From an uncultured Acidobacteriota bacterium (GTDB lineage Bacteria; Acidobacteriota; Vicinamibacteria; Vicinamibacterales; 2-12-FULL-66-21): a stretch of DNA of 64,000 nucleotides. Below, one piece after another: positions 8,605 through 17,274 of the stretch; position 1 is the first letter of the stretch; each line of letters begins with the position of its first letter. The notes beneath the pieces were generated by a model. That model saw nothing but the letters and a program-made list of their open reading frames with translations. It made no database searches and was not told the DNA's origin. Location of the stretch: NCBI GenBank assembly GCA_963742265.1, contig CAVULC010000003.1, positions 137,143 through 201,142 on the forward strand. The letters run 5' to 3'. Position numbers and translations under genes: made by a program.

Positions 8605-9300
8605 ATGATCGAGCTGGTTGGCGTGGATGCCGACGACACGCTCTGGCACAACGAACCGCTCTACACGCACCGGCGCGAGCGGTTCCGCGAACTGCTCGCT
8701 CGCTACGAGCCCGAAGGCGTGCTCGACGATCATTTGTACGAAGTCGAGCTGCGCAACCTGCGGCACTTCGGCTACGGCGTCAAGGGCTTCGTGCTGTCGA
8801 TGATCGAGACCGCAATCGAGATCACCCACGGACGCATCGAGAGTCACGAGATCAGCATGATCATCGACTGGGGGCGCGAGATGCTCTCGAGCGCCACGGA
8901 GTTGCTGGCCGGCGTGCGTGAGGCGATCGAGTCGCTCGGCGAGCAGTTCCCACTCATTCTCGTCACCAAGGGGGACCTGCTGGATCAGCAGTCGAAGCTC
9001 GCGCGGTCGGGTTTGGCCCACCACTTCAAGGGGATCGAAATCGTCTCGGAGAAAGACGCGGCCACGTATACCCGCGTGATGGCGCGCTACGCGGTCGAGC
9101 CGCGTCGATTCGTCATGGTCGGCAACTCGCTCCGCTCAGACATTCTTCCAGCGATTCAGGCCGGCGCCCACGCCGTCTACATACCTTACGAAATGAGCTG
9201 GATCCACGAACGGGTGCCCGCCGAAGCGCTGGCGGATGTGCACTATCACGAGATCGCGCACATGCGCGAGCTGCCAGAACTGCTGCACCGGCTGGACTAG
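8605..9300 (+). CDS. HAD-superfamily hydrolase
   Basis: The ATG at 8605 gives MIELVGVDADDTLWH (DxDxT motif I). LILVTKGD and VGNSLRSDI are later HAD motifs. The track ORF start at 8500 runs through the tandem repeat. Confidence 0.8.
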   Translation: MIELVGVDADDTLWHNEPLYTHRRERFRELLARYEPEGVLDDHLYEVELRNLRHFGYGVKGFVLSMIETAIEITHGRIESHEISMIIDWGREMLSSATELLAGVREAIESLGEQFPLILVTKGDLLDQQSKLARSGLAHHFKGIEIVSEKDAATYTRVMARYAVEPRRFVMVGNSLRSDILPAIQAGAHAVYIPYEMSWIHERVPAEALADVHYHEIAHMRELPELLHRLD

Positions 9301-9456
9301 GACTGAATTTGTAACCATCCTGCCCCGGGTGTAAGCTCCGCGACGGATCCCTCAAGTGCGTCCTTCACGTCTTGTGTGACGTGCACGGACATAAACACGT
9401 TCTGTTCTGAACTGATCGCTGCGCCCGCCAGGGCGCTACCGAAGATTGGAGTCAGC

Positions 9457-12400
9457 ATGCGTCGCCTGACGATCGCAGTCCTGGTCCTCCTCGGAATCGT
9501 GTCCACCGCTTCAGCACAAACCCAGATCACGACCGGTGTCATCCAGGGAACAGTGGCCGACGCGACCGGATCCGTTCTTGCCGGGGTCACGGTCGAAGCG
9601 CGAAACCTCGCCACCAATCTCGCGCGGACGACGATCACGGATGCGGACGGACGGTTCATCTTCCTGCAGCTGCCGCCAGGCGACTACGCGGTGAAATTCT
9701 CGCAGACAGGTTTCGCCACGCTGGTGCAGGAGCGGGTAGAACTCACGGTCGGCCAATCCGTCACGCTCCCGGCCACCATGAAGGTGGGCGGCGTCGCCGA
9801 GACGGTCACCGTCACCTCGTCGTCGACGGTGGTGGAATCGACGCGAACGGCCTCCGCCAGCACGCTGAACGAGCGGACGGTCGAACACATCCCCAATCTC
9901 GGCCGCAAATTCGAGGACCTGCTGTCGCTCACCCCCGGCGTCAGCATCGTCCAAGGACCCGACGGCGACGAAATCACGTTTGCCGGCCAGCGCGGCATCT
10001 TCAACAACATCAGCCTCGACGGCGGCGACTACAACAACGGGTTCTTCGGCGAACAGGCTGGAGGCCAGCGAGCGGGTGTGGACATCACCCTTGAAGCGAT
10101 CAAGGAATTCCAGGTCATCGCAACCGGCGCGCCGGCGGAATTCGGGCGGACCGCAGGAGGCGTGGTCAACGTCATCACCAAGTCCGGCACCAACACGGCG
10201 CACGGCAGCGTGTTTCATTTCCAGCGGCTCGAAGGCCTGACCGGCGACCTGTCGGATGGCACCCAGCTCGAAGACTTCCATCGCGAACAGTGGGGTGGCA
10301 CCTTCGGCGGGCCGATCAAGCCCGACAAGGCGTTCATCTTCGCCGCGCTCGAAGGGATAACGGGCAACTTCAAGCGTCCGAACCTTGGCCGTCAGCTCGG
10401 TGACACGGCCTGCCCGGTGGCCAATCCGACCATCCAGCAGAATGAGGCGTTGATCAATGGCAATGCCGATTGCCAGCGCACCGCTCTTCTGAGCTTCTTC
10501 AATTCGACGCTGAACATGAACGAAGCCGCGCCGGTCGAGCGTCCGGTCAAGACGATCGCACTCCTGACCAAGCTGGACGTCGCCGCGAACGCGAAGAACA
10601 ACATCTCCGGGTCCTGGAACTTCAACCACTCGCGGAAGACGAACGAGACCTTCGACGTCGCTACCTACGGCACGTCCGCCAACGGGATTGAAGGCGATCC
10701 CGCACGCATCAACGTCTTCAATCTGAACTGGTTCACCACGTTGACCTCGCGGATGCTGAACGAGGCGCACTTCACCTACTCGCGCGAGAGCCGCCCGAGA
10801 ACCGCGATCGACTCGCCTCTCAAAGCGGATACCGGCATGGGGTTCGGTCCGACGTTCCGCTTCGGCAATCCCTTCTTCCTCCAGCCCGGCGTCGACGAGT
10901 TGATCTGGCGGACGCAATTCAAAGACAACGTGTCGGTGGTCTCCGGGACCCACACGTTCAAGGTCGGCGGCGAGTGGATGCACACGCTCAACGACCAGGT
11001 GTTCCGCGGCTTCTTCACCGGCCGCTACATCTTCGACAGCGTCAGCGGCTTCCTGCGCTATGCCTCACCAGCGGCGGCCGGCGGCTTCGGTCCTTCCACG
11101 CTGGCGTGCTCGAATGGGTCCTTCGTGACTGCCCCGGCAACCTGTCCCGCGGGCGCGACGACAACCGGTGGTCCGCTGCTCCTTTACCTGCAGGGAGCCG
11201 GTTTGAACGGGCCGGCCACCGACGCGGCGGGCGCTTCGAAGATCACCAATGAGGAATTGTCGCTCTTCGTGCAGGACCAGTGGCAACCGCGAGCCAACCT
11301 CACGATCAACTACGGCCTTCGCTGGGATGCGCAACTGATGCCTGAGACCGTGCCGGGCAACACCACGGCGTATGGTGCGTTCCTGAACGACCCGGCGTTC
11401 CCTTCGGACGGCACGATCCCGGACCAGTGGAAGATGTTCCAGCCGCGCGCCGGCGTCGCCTGGGATCTTTCCGGGAAGAACACGTCCGTGCTCCGCGCCA
11501 GCGCCGGGATCTACGCCGCCCGCCAGAACATGCTCTCGCAGGTCGGATCGGTCACGACCAACGGCATACAGCAGCAGACACTGTTTGCCAACACCGCGAA
11601 CCTGATCGCGTTCGGAGCGCCCACGCCGAGCTGGCCTGGCGTGCTGCCGGTTGCCGCAGTTCCTCCCGGACAGTTTCCGCTCTTCAGCGGCGTCCGCGTG
11701 TTCGACCGCGATTACACGAACCCGCAGATCTATTCGTACAACGCGGCCTACGAGCAGCAGCTCGTGCCGGACTGGGCCGCGTATGTCGATCTCACCTGGA
11801 CGGAAGGCCGGCACCTCACCAGGTTCCTCAACTACAACCGCAGCGGCCAGCCGATCTGCTGCGATCTTGGCCCGGGCACCGGCAACACCAACACCTACCC
11901 CGGCACACCCTTTGGTCCGCAGCTCGGGGAAGTCATGGTGACCACCAGCCGGGGGTCTTCGCGCTACCGCGCCATGACCATCGGATTGCGCAAACGGTTC
12001 TCGCGGGGTTACCAGTTCGAGGCGAACTATGTGCTGGCCAAGGATGAAGATGACGACTCGAACGAGCGCGATCCCTTCACCGACCGCAGCTTCAACTTCT
12101 TCGATCTCACGAAGGACTGGGGCCCGTCCGACCGCGACATCCGCCACAAGGTGAACCTGTTCGGCTACTTCACCGCGCCGTGGGGCGTCCAGGCGAACGC
12201 GCGCGTGCAGGCGCGGACGGCCCAGCCGATCAGCGTCAGCCCCCGCAGCCTGAACGGCGTCGATCGCGGGCGCAACACCGACCGCAAGGACAACGAGTTC
12301 TTCAGCTTCGACTGGCGGCTCGCGCGTCCGTTCAGACTATCGAACAGCCGCATCGAAATCATTCCCATTCTCGAGATGTTCAACACGTTCAACAACGCCA

Positions 12401-12510
12401 ACAACATCAATCCGCTCAGCACGCCTGCGCTGTTCAACTTCGACGGGTTCCTGCGCGCCGGGGTCGGTGACCCGCGCCAGGTACAGCTCGCCGTGAGGGT
12501 GGTGTTCTGA
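9457..12510 (+). CDS. TonB-dependent-receptor-like outer-membrane protein with a carboxypeptidase-regulatory-like N-domain
   Basis: A GGAG sits 6 nt before ATG 9457. The signal peptide is MRRLTIAVLVLLGIVSTASAQ. The N-domain reads TGVIQGTVADATGSVLAGVTVEARN...DADGRFIFLQLPPGDY. The long barrel ends ...QLAVRVVF, with a terminal Phe. Confidence 0.85.
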   Translation: MRRLTIAVLVLLGIVSTASAQTQITTGVIQGTVADATGSVLAGVTVEARNLATNLARTTITDADGRFIFLQLPPGDYAVKFSQTGFATLVQERVELTVGQSVTLPATMKVGGVAETVTVTSSSTVVESTRTASASTLNERTVEHIPNLGRKFEDLLSLTPGVSIVQGPDGDEITFAGQRGIFNNISLDGGDYNNGFFGEQAGGQRAGVDITLEAIKEFQVIATGAPAEFGRTAGGVVNVITKSGTNTAHGSVFHFQRLEGLTGDLSDGTQLEDFHREQWGGTFGGPIKPDKAFIFAALEGITGNFKRPNLGRQLGDTACPVANPTIQQNEALINGNADCQRTALLSFFNSTLNMNEAAPVERPVKTIALLTKLDVAANAKNNISGSWNFNHSRKTNETFDVATYGTSANGIEGDPARINVFNLNWFTTLTSRMLNEAHFTYSRESRPRTAIDSPLKADTGMGFGPTFRFGNPFFLQPGVDELIWRTQFKDNVSVVSGTHTFKVGGEWMHTLNDQVFRGFFTGRYIFDSVSGFLRYASPAAAGGFGPSTLACSNGSFVTAPATCPAGATTTGGPLLLYLQGAGLNGPATDAAGASKITNEELSLFVQDQWQPRANLTINYGLRWDAQLMPETVPGNTTAYGAFLNDPAFPSDGTIPDQWKMFQPRAGVAWDLSGKNTSVLRASAGIYAARQNMLSQVGSVTTNGIQQQTLFANTANLIAFGAPTPSWPGVLPVAAVPPGQFPLFSGVRVFDRDYTNPQIYSYNAAYEQQLVPDWAAYVDLTWTEGRHLTRFLNYNRSGQPICCDLGPGTGNTNTYPGTPFGPQLGEVMVTTSRGSSRYRAMTIGLRKRFSRGYQFEANYVLAKDEDDDSNERDPFTDRSFNFFDLTKDWGPSDRDIRHKVNLFGYFTAPWGVQANARVQARTAQPISVSPRSLNGVDRGRNTDRKDNEFFSFDWRLARPFRLSNSRIEIIPILEMFNTFNNANNINPLSTPALFNFDGFLRAGVGDPRQVQLAVRVVF

Positions 12511-12516
12511 GGCTGC

Positions 12517-13312
12517 TCAGCGCGTCATCGCGCCGGCCAGCTCCTTCACGAACTTGGCCGCGACACGCGCGGTGAGATCGCGGACGTCGTGCCGAGGGTT
12601 GTATTCGACCACGTCGGCACCGACCAGTGGGCTGGGCAACGCAGTCAGCACCTCGAGCACGTCGCGAACGCTCAATCCGCCGGGCTCGGGATGGGAGAGA
12701 CCCGGTGCGAGCATCGGCTCGAGCACGTCGATGTCGAGCGACACGTAAACCGGACCGGTCAATGCCGGCGAGCACAGGGATCGCCTCGCGCCAGCGATCG
12801 GGACCGAATACCTCGGTTCCGAATTTCGCCGCCTGCGATCGTTGGTGTGGCGTCAACGTCCGGACGCCCACCTGGATGAGTCGAGACGCCAGCTTCTCCT
12901 CCATGACGCGCGCGAACGGACACGCGTGGGAGTAGCGGTCCCCCTCGAACTCATCGTAGATGTCGCCATGCGCGTCGAAGTGCAGCACCGTCACCGATCC
13001 GAACTCGTGAAACGCGCGCAGGACCGGGTAGGTGACGGAATGATCGCCGCCGAGCAGCAGCGGCTTGCTGGACGAAGACAGGATGTTGCGGACGGCGAGT
13101 TCGATTCGCTCGCGTGCTTCGGCAGCATCGCCGGAGAGATCCAGGTCACCCGCATCGACCATGACTTCGGGCGACATGACGTCGTCGCCGCGCTCGTTGA
13201 AGGAGTTGCTGGACGGTGAGTGCAGCGCCGCGCGAATCTTCGGCGGCGCCTCCGCCGCGCCGCGCTGAAATGATGATGAACCGTCCCACGGCAGGCCGAG
13301 GAGCGTGATCAC
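12517..13312 (-). pseudogene. agmatinase / arginase-family ureohydrolase with one frameshift near nt 12765
   Basis: GTG 13312 overlaps the upstream stop (GTGA). The motifs GGDHSVTYPVL and HFDAHGDIYD are followed, after a +1 shift, by VYVSLDIDVLEP...GADVVEYNP. Confidence 0.8.
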
Positions 13313-15615
13313 TTGATCGCCGGGAGATGCAGGTCGCGCAGGATCCGCTCGGTTGCCTCCGCCCTGGAGATCGTTCCCGCGAGGAACGCCGTCCAGTGCA
13401 TGCGCATCGGCTCGCGCATGCCGCGATAGACGCGGTCGAACATGCCTTCCTTCTCCATGTACATCTGGTAGTCGCGATCGCCGCCGGCCGCCAGTGCCTC
13501 GGAGACGATCGTTCCCGAGTTGAAGAACAGCAGGGCGTGCCACAGATCGCGCGAGGGCCGCACGTTCAGGCGCTTCGCGGCATCTTCGACATCCTTGATG
13601 AGCACACTGTCCCACACGTGCGACGCTTCATGGAACAGTAGTTCGAGCGTCGCGCTCCCCTGGTGGCGGGGATCCTCGGCGCCCATCGTGATCGTGGCTG
13701 TCTCGCTCACGGTGTATGCGTTGCCGGGCGGACCTGCATCGTGGACGAGTTCGACACGGATCGGCTTCGCCGGCCACGAGGTGTCGAGCGTTTTGGCGAG
13801 GCGCGCCGCGATCCCCGGTCCGTACTGCTTCAGTAACGGCGACGCTGCGATCATGAACTTCCTGTTCGCATCGTCGTGTATTTTCCAGGCGTGCGTGCGG
13901 TAGATCGGCGCGACCGACTCCAGGATGGCGCGTTGCTCCGGCGCAATGGTGACGCCGTCGAGTGATGTGTCGGAGCTGACGGCACCGAGTGCGACGTTCG
14001 CCTTCACCATCTCTTCGTCGAAGAGCAGCGATCGTTTTCCGTATCGTTCTCGATACTGTTGAACGGCATTCGCCCATTGCTCTTTTTCGGCGTCGGTTGC
14101 GTTGGCCGGCAGCGACTCGATCAGCGGCGCACCGGGCCGGGCGAGCGCATGCAGATAGTGATGCAGATTGACCCAGAAGTGACTCGTGATTTCGAACAAG
14201 GACGCCGACGGGTCGTTGCCGAAGCAATACAGCATCCCCCGCGTCCGGACGTACAGCCGTCCGCCGGAGATCGCCGGGGTGGCATAGATGTCGTCCTGCA
14301 GATCGTTCACCGCGAGCGGCTCGAGCGTGCCGTCGGTCGGCAGAACGGCGATCTTTCCTTTCTCGGACGCGAGAAACACCTTGTTGTCACTGGCCAGGGG
14401 GGAGGCATAGAAGCGATCCTGCACACCCTTGATGCGGCTCTGTGCGATCGTCTCGCCATTTGCGGGGCGAAGCGTCGTCACGATCCCGCCGTCGTTCACC
14501 ATGTAGAGGACGTCTTTGTAGACAAGCGGTGAGGGCAGCTGCGGAACCGACTTGTGATATTTCCAGACCACGTTGGTCGACGTGACGTCGCCGCGGCCGC
14601 CCAGGCGAATGGCGAGCATGCCGTTCTCCGACGCCATTGCGGCACGGTAATAATCCCACTCCTCGCGGGTGACGGTTCCGTCGGTGTCGAGATCGATCCA
14701 TGCGCGTGAGTGCTCCTTCGGCAGTTCGGCATGCAGCAGCCGCGCGTCACGGTTCGCGTCGTAGGCGGCGACCGCCTCGTCGTACGACGGGATCGTGCGC
14801 TGTGCTCCGGGCTGGTTCTCCGGCGATCCGAATCCATTGATGAAGAGCACGTCGCCGCTCACGACCGGGGTCGCCTTCATCTCGAATGAAAGGCCCCGCA
14901 CCCACCAAACCTTCTCGCCCGTACTTGCGGCATAGGCAGTCAGAAGAAACGAACCTGGGACCAGGATCTGGGTGCCGCCAGACTGCGGCTGGTAAACGAT
15001 CGGTGTGGAGTGACCGCTGTGAGCTTCTGGCCGCGCCGTCTTCCATCGCACGCCGCCGTCCTGCGTATTCAGCGCGACGATGAAGGAGCTGGTGCTCTGG
15101 TCGCAGACGAGAACGACGAGGCCGTCGACGAGTATGGGAGACGCGCCCATACCGTAGATGTTGTTGAACGGTCCGAGCGGCACGCGCCAACGCTCGCGCC
15201 CGTCGGGATCGTAGGCAACGACGCCGTACTCCGCGAAAAACACGTAGATGCCGGAATCGTCGACTGCGGGACTCGGCGCGGCAGGGCCGTTGCGTGTATC
15301 GAGTTTCTCCTTCCGCGCGCGGGGCGCCTCTCGCTCCCAGAGGATCTTTCCGCTGGCGCGATCGAGTGCGATCGTGACCAGCCGTTCGTCGCGCACCGCG
15401 GTGAGATACACGCGCGTGTCGGTCAGAACCGGCGATGAATGTCCGAACGGGAGCGGCGTCTTCCAGATGACGTGATCGTCTGGACCGAACGTCAGCGGCA
15501 GGGCGCCTGATTCGGCGATGCCGGATCCGTTCGGTCCGCGGAACCGCGACCAGTCCTCTGCCCTGCCGGGTGTTGCCGCCGCAAGGCAGAAGAGAATCGC
15601 GATGAGGAGTCGCAT
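13309..15615 (-). CDS. secreted PQQ/BamB-like beta-propeller protein with an EF-hand loop and a C-terminal HExxH domain of unknown family
   Basis: Signal peptide MRLLIAILFCLAAATPGRA. Propeller repeats such as DWSRFRGPNGSG and VIWK are present. A calcium-loop-like DLDTDGTVTREEWDYY is inserted. The C-terminal ~290 aa contain LELLFHEASHVWD, with HEASH at nt 13618-13632. Confidence 0.75.
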   Translation of the reverse strand: MRLLIAILFCLAAATPGRAEDWSRFRGPNGSGIAESGALPLTFGPDDHVIWKTPLPFGHSSPVLTDTRVYLTAVRDERLVTIALDRASGKILWEREAPRARKEKLDTRNGPAAPSPAVDDSGIYVFFAEYGVVAYDPDGRERWRVPLGPFNNIYGMGASPILVDGLVVLVCDQSTSSFIVALNTQDGGVRWKTARPEAHSGHSTPIVYQPQSGGTQILVPGSFLLTAYAASTGEKVWWVRGLSFEMKATPVVSGDVLFINGFGSPENQPGAQRTIPSYDEAVAAYDANRDARLLHAELPKEHSRAWIDLDTDGTVTREEWDYYRAAMASENGMLAIRLGGRGDVTSTNVVWKYHKSVPQLPSPLVYKDVLYMVNDGGIVTTLRPANGETIAQSRIKGVQDRFYASPLASDNKVFLASEKGKIAVLPTDGTLEPLAVNDLQDDIYATPAISGGRLYVRTRGMLYCFGNDPSASLFEITSHFWVNLHHYLHALARPGAPLIESLPANATDAEKEQWANAVQQYRERYGKRSLLFDEEMVKANVALGAVSSDTSLDGVTIAPEQRAILESVAPIYRTHAWKIHDDANRKFMIAASPLLKQYGPGIAARLAKTLDTSWPAKPIRVELVHDAGPPGNAYTVSETATITMGAEDPRHQGSATLELLFHEASHVWDSVLIKDVEDAAKRLNVRPSRDLWHALLFFNSGTIVSEALAAGGDRDYQMYMEKEGMFDRVYRGMREPMRMHWTAFLAGTISRAEATERILRDLHLPAIK

Positions 15616-15622
15616 GCTGCCG

Positions 15623-17263
15623 TCAGTACTGCCACCAGGGGGTGGTCGCCCCTTCCGGCTTCTTGCGCTGAATCAGCTGCGCCATCTCTTCGAGCCGCCG
15701 CGAAGAGCTCACCGGGCCGCTCCAGCAGTGAGGTTTGTTGTTGCCGTACATGAAGAACCCCTCGTAATGCGGGTTCTCGGTCTTCTTCATCCACGCCTCG
15801 AGCTCCTTGGTGGAGTTGTTCAAGTAGTAGGTGTCGACGTCTCCGGTGTAGAAGTACAGCTTGTCGATCAGCTTTGGCCCGACGGTGTGCCAGTTCTTCT
15901 CGAGGTAGTACTTCAGATCGAAGTTCTCCTTCCAGTACTTCGCCACCTCGCGATCGATCTCCCCCGTCCGCTTGTTGAAGAGCGGTTTGAAGTAACCGTC
16001 ATTCCCGAGTGGCCCGAATACCGCGGACCAGATGTCCAGTTGCTCCCCCGATCTCCCCTTCGTGCCGTTGGCCAGTTCGAAGTGGTTCCGCTGCTCGGAG
16101 GTCATCACCAGCTGGCCGTTCACGCGCCGGCTGTTCGCGGTCGGCACTTTGCGCCAGCCGTCCATCTTGTAGAAGGCGTTCTCGTCCTCGTAGATGTTGA
16201 TGCCCTCGACATCGCTGAAGGTCACCGAGTCGGGACAGTACGCGAATGCGGCACCGAAGAAGTCGGGATGAAAGATCTGCAGCGCCGCTGCCTCCCACCC
16301 GCCGGTGGATCCTCCCGACAGGATGCGCGCGTAGGGCTCGCGGATCACCCGGAACCGCTTCTCGACTTCGGGGATCAACTCGTTCATGATCGCGTCCCCG
16401 TACGGTCCAACGTTGACCGAATTGACCGCGTAGGAGTCGTCGAGGTACGGCGTGGGGTGCTGCAAGGTGACAGCGATCATCCGGGGGAAGCCGTCGGCCA
16501 TCCACGCTTTCGAGAACTCGTTCTTCTCGTCGAATCCGTAGGGCGCGCCGATCGAGAAATGACCCTGGATGTAGTTGACCGGGTACGCCATCGTCTCGCG
16601 CTCGTAGTCGCGCGGCAGCAGGACGGCGGCGCCGAGGTAAATGGGCCGTCCCCAGAATTTCGTCAGCAGTGGACTCTGGAACTTGAAGCGCTTGACGTAA
16701 CTCGTGTCGGCGGGAATCTCGATCGGCGGAATGACTTTATCTGCGCTCAGCGAAATCGTTCCACCCGCCTTCGGATCGACACGGACCTTCTGCACCTCGC
16801 TGTAGAGATTACCGGGCGATCGATTCCAACGCTGCCCCTCCCACTGGTCGTCGTGCATCCAGACGACATGCCCGTCGCCCCGTTTGAACTCCGAGTAGAG
16901 ACTGACGACCGCCTGCACGAAGTATTCACCAGCAGGTATCTCGCTGAGACTTTCAACCGGCGATCCGAGATCGGTGTCGTCGATGGTGGCCGGTTGACCC
17001 GGCTTCAGCGCTTCGACGTCACGCCCGAAAAACGGCGCGCCGGTTCGGCCCGGCTGCAGCCGCGGTTCGCGATCGTTCACCCTCGTGATGATCACGAACA
17101 CCCGGCCGGTGATCGGCTCCGCCCGGGTCGAGGCCGGGACCGACACCTCGAACTTCAATTTCCGAGGCGCCGTCGTCTTCTGGTAGCCGGTGAGCGTGGT
17201 CGTGAGCGTGGCGGCAAGCGCCAGGCTCAGGCATGCGGCGGTGAATCGGCGGTCGAATCTCAT
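15623..17263 (-). CDS. secreted esterase (putative esterase / enterochelin-esterase-like alpha/beta hydrolase)
   Basis: ATG 17263 gives MRFDRRFTAACLSLALAATL. The nucleophile elbow is ILSGGSTGGWEAAALQIFHPDFFGAAFAYCPD. The long upstream extension in the track is Arg-rich read-through. Confidence 0.75.
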   Translation of the reverse strand: MRFDRRFTAACLSLALAATLTTTLTGYQKTTAPRKLKFEVSVPASTRAEPITGRVFVIITRVNDREPRLQPGRTGAPFFGRDVEALKPGQPATIDDTDLGSPVESLSEIPAGEYFVQAVVSLYSEFKRGDGHVVWMHDDQWEGQRWNRSPGNLYSEVQKVRVDPKAGGTISLSADKVIPPIEIPADTSYVKRFKFQSPLLTKFWGRPIYLGAAVLLPRDYERETMAYPVNYIQGHFSIGAPYGFDEKNEFSKAWMADGFPRMIAVTLQHPTPYLDDSYAVNSVNVGPYGDAIMNELIPEVEKRFRVIREPYARILSGGSTGGWEAAALQIFHPDFFGAAFAYCPDSVTFSDVEGINIYEDENAFYKMDGWRKVPTANSRRVNGQLVMTSEQRNHFELANGTKGRSGEQLDIWSAVFGPLGNDGYFKPLFNKRTGEIDREVAKYWKENFDLKYYLEKNWHTVGPKLIDKLYFYTGDVDTYYLNNSTKELEAWMKKTENPHYEGFFMYGNNKPHCWSGPVSSSRRLEEMAQLIQRKKPEGATTPWWQY

Positions 17264-17274
17264 CACGGTAGGCC

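Noticed and set aside
9301-9456. Riboswitch (for example cobalamin) in the 156-nt leader of the first TonB-receptor-like gene.
   Set aside because: Only two short generic hairpins are visible (CACGTC..GACGTG and GCGCCC..GGGCGC). I see no B12-box or other riboswitch core motif.
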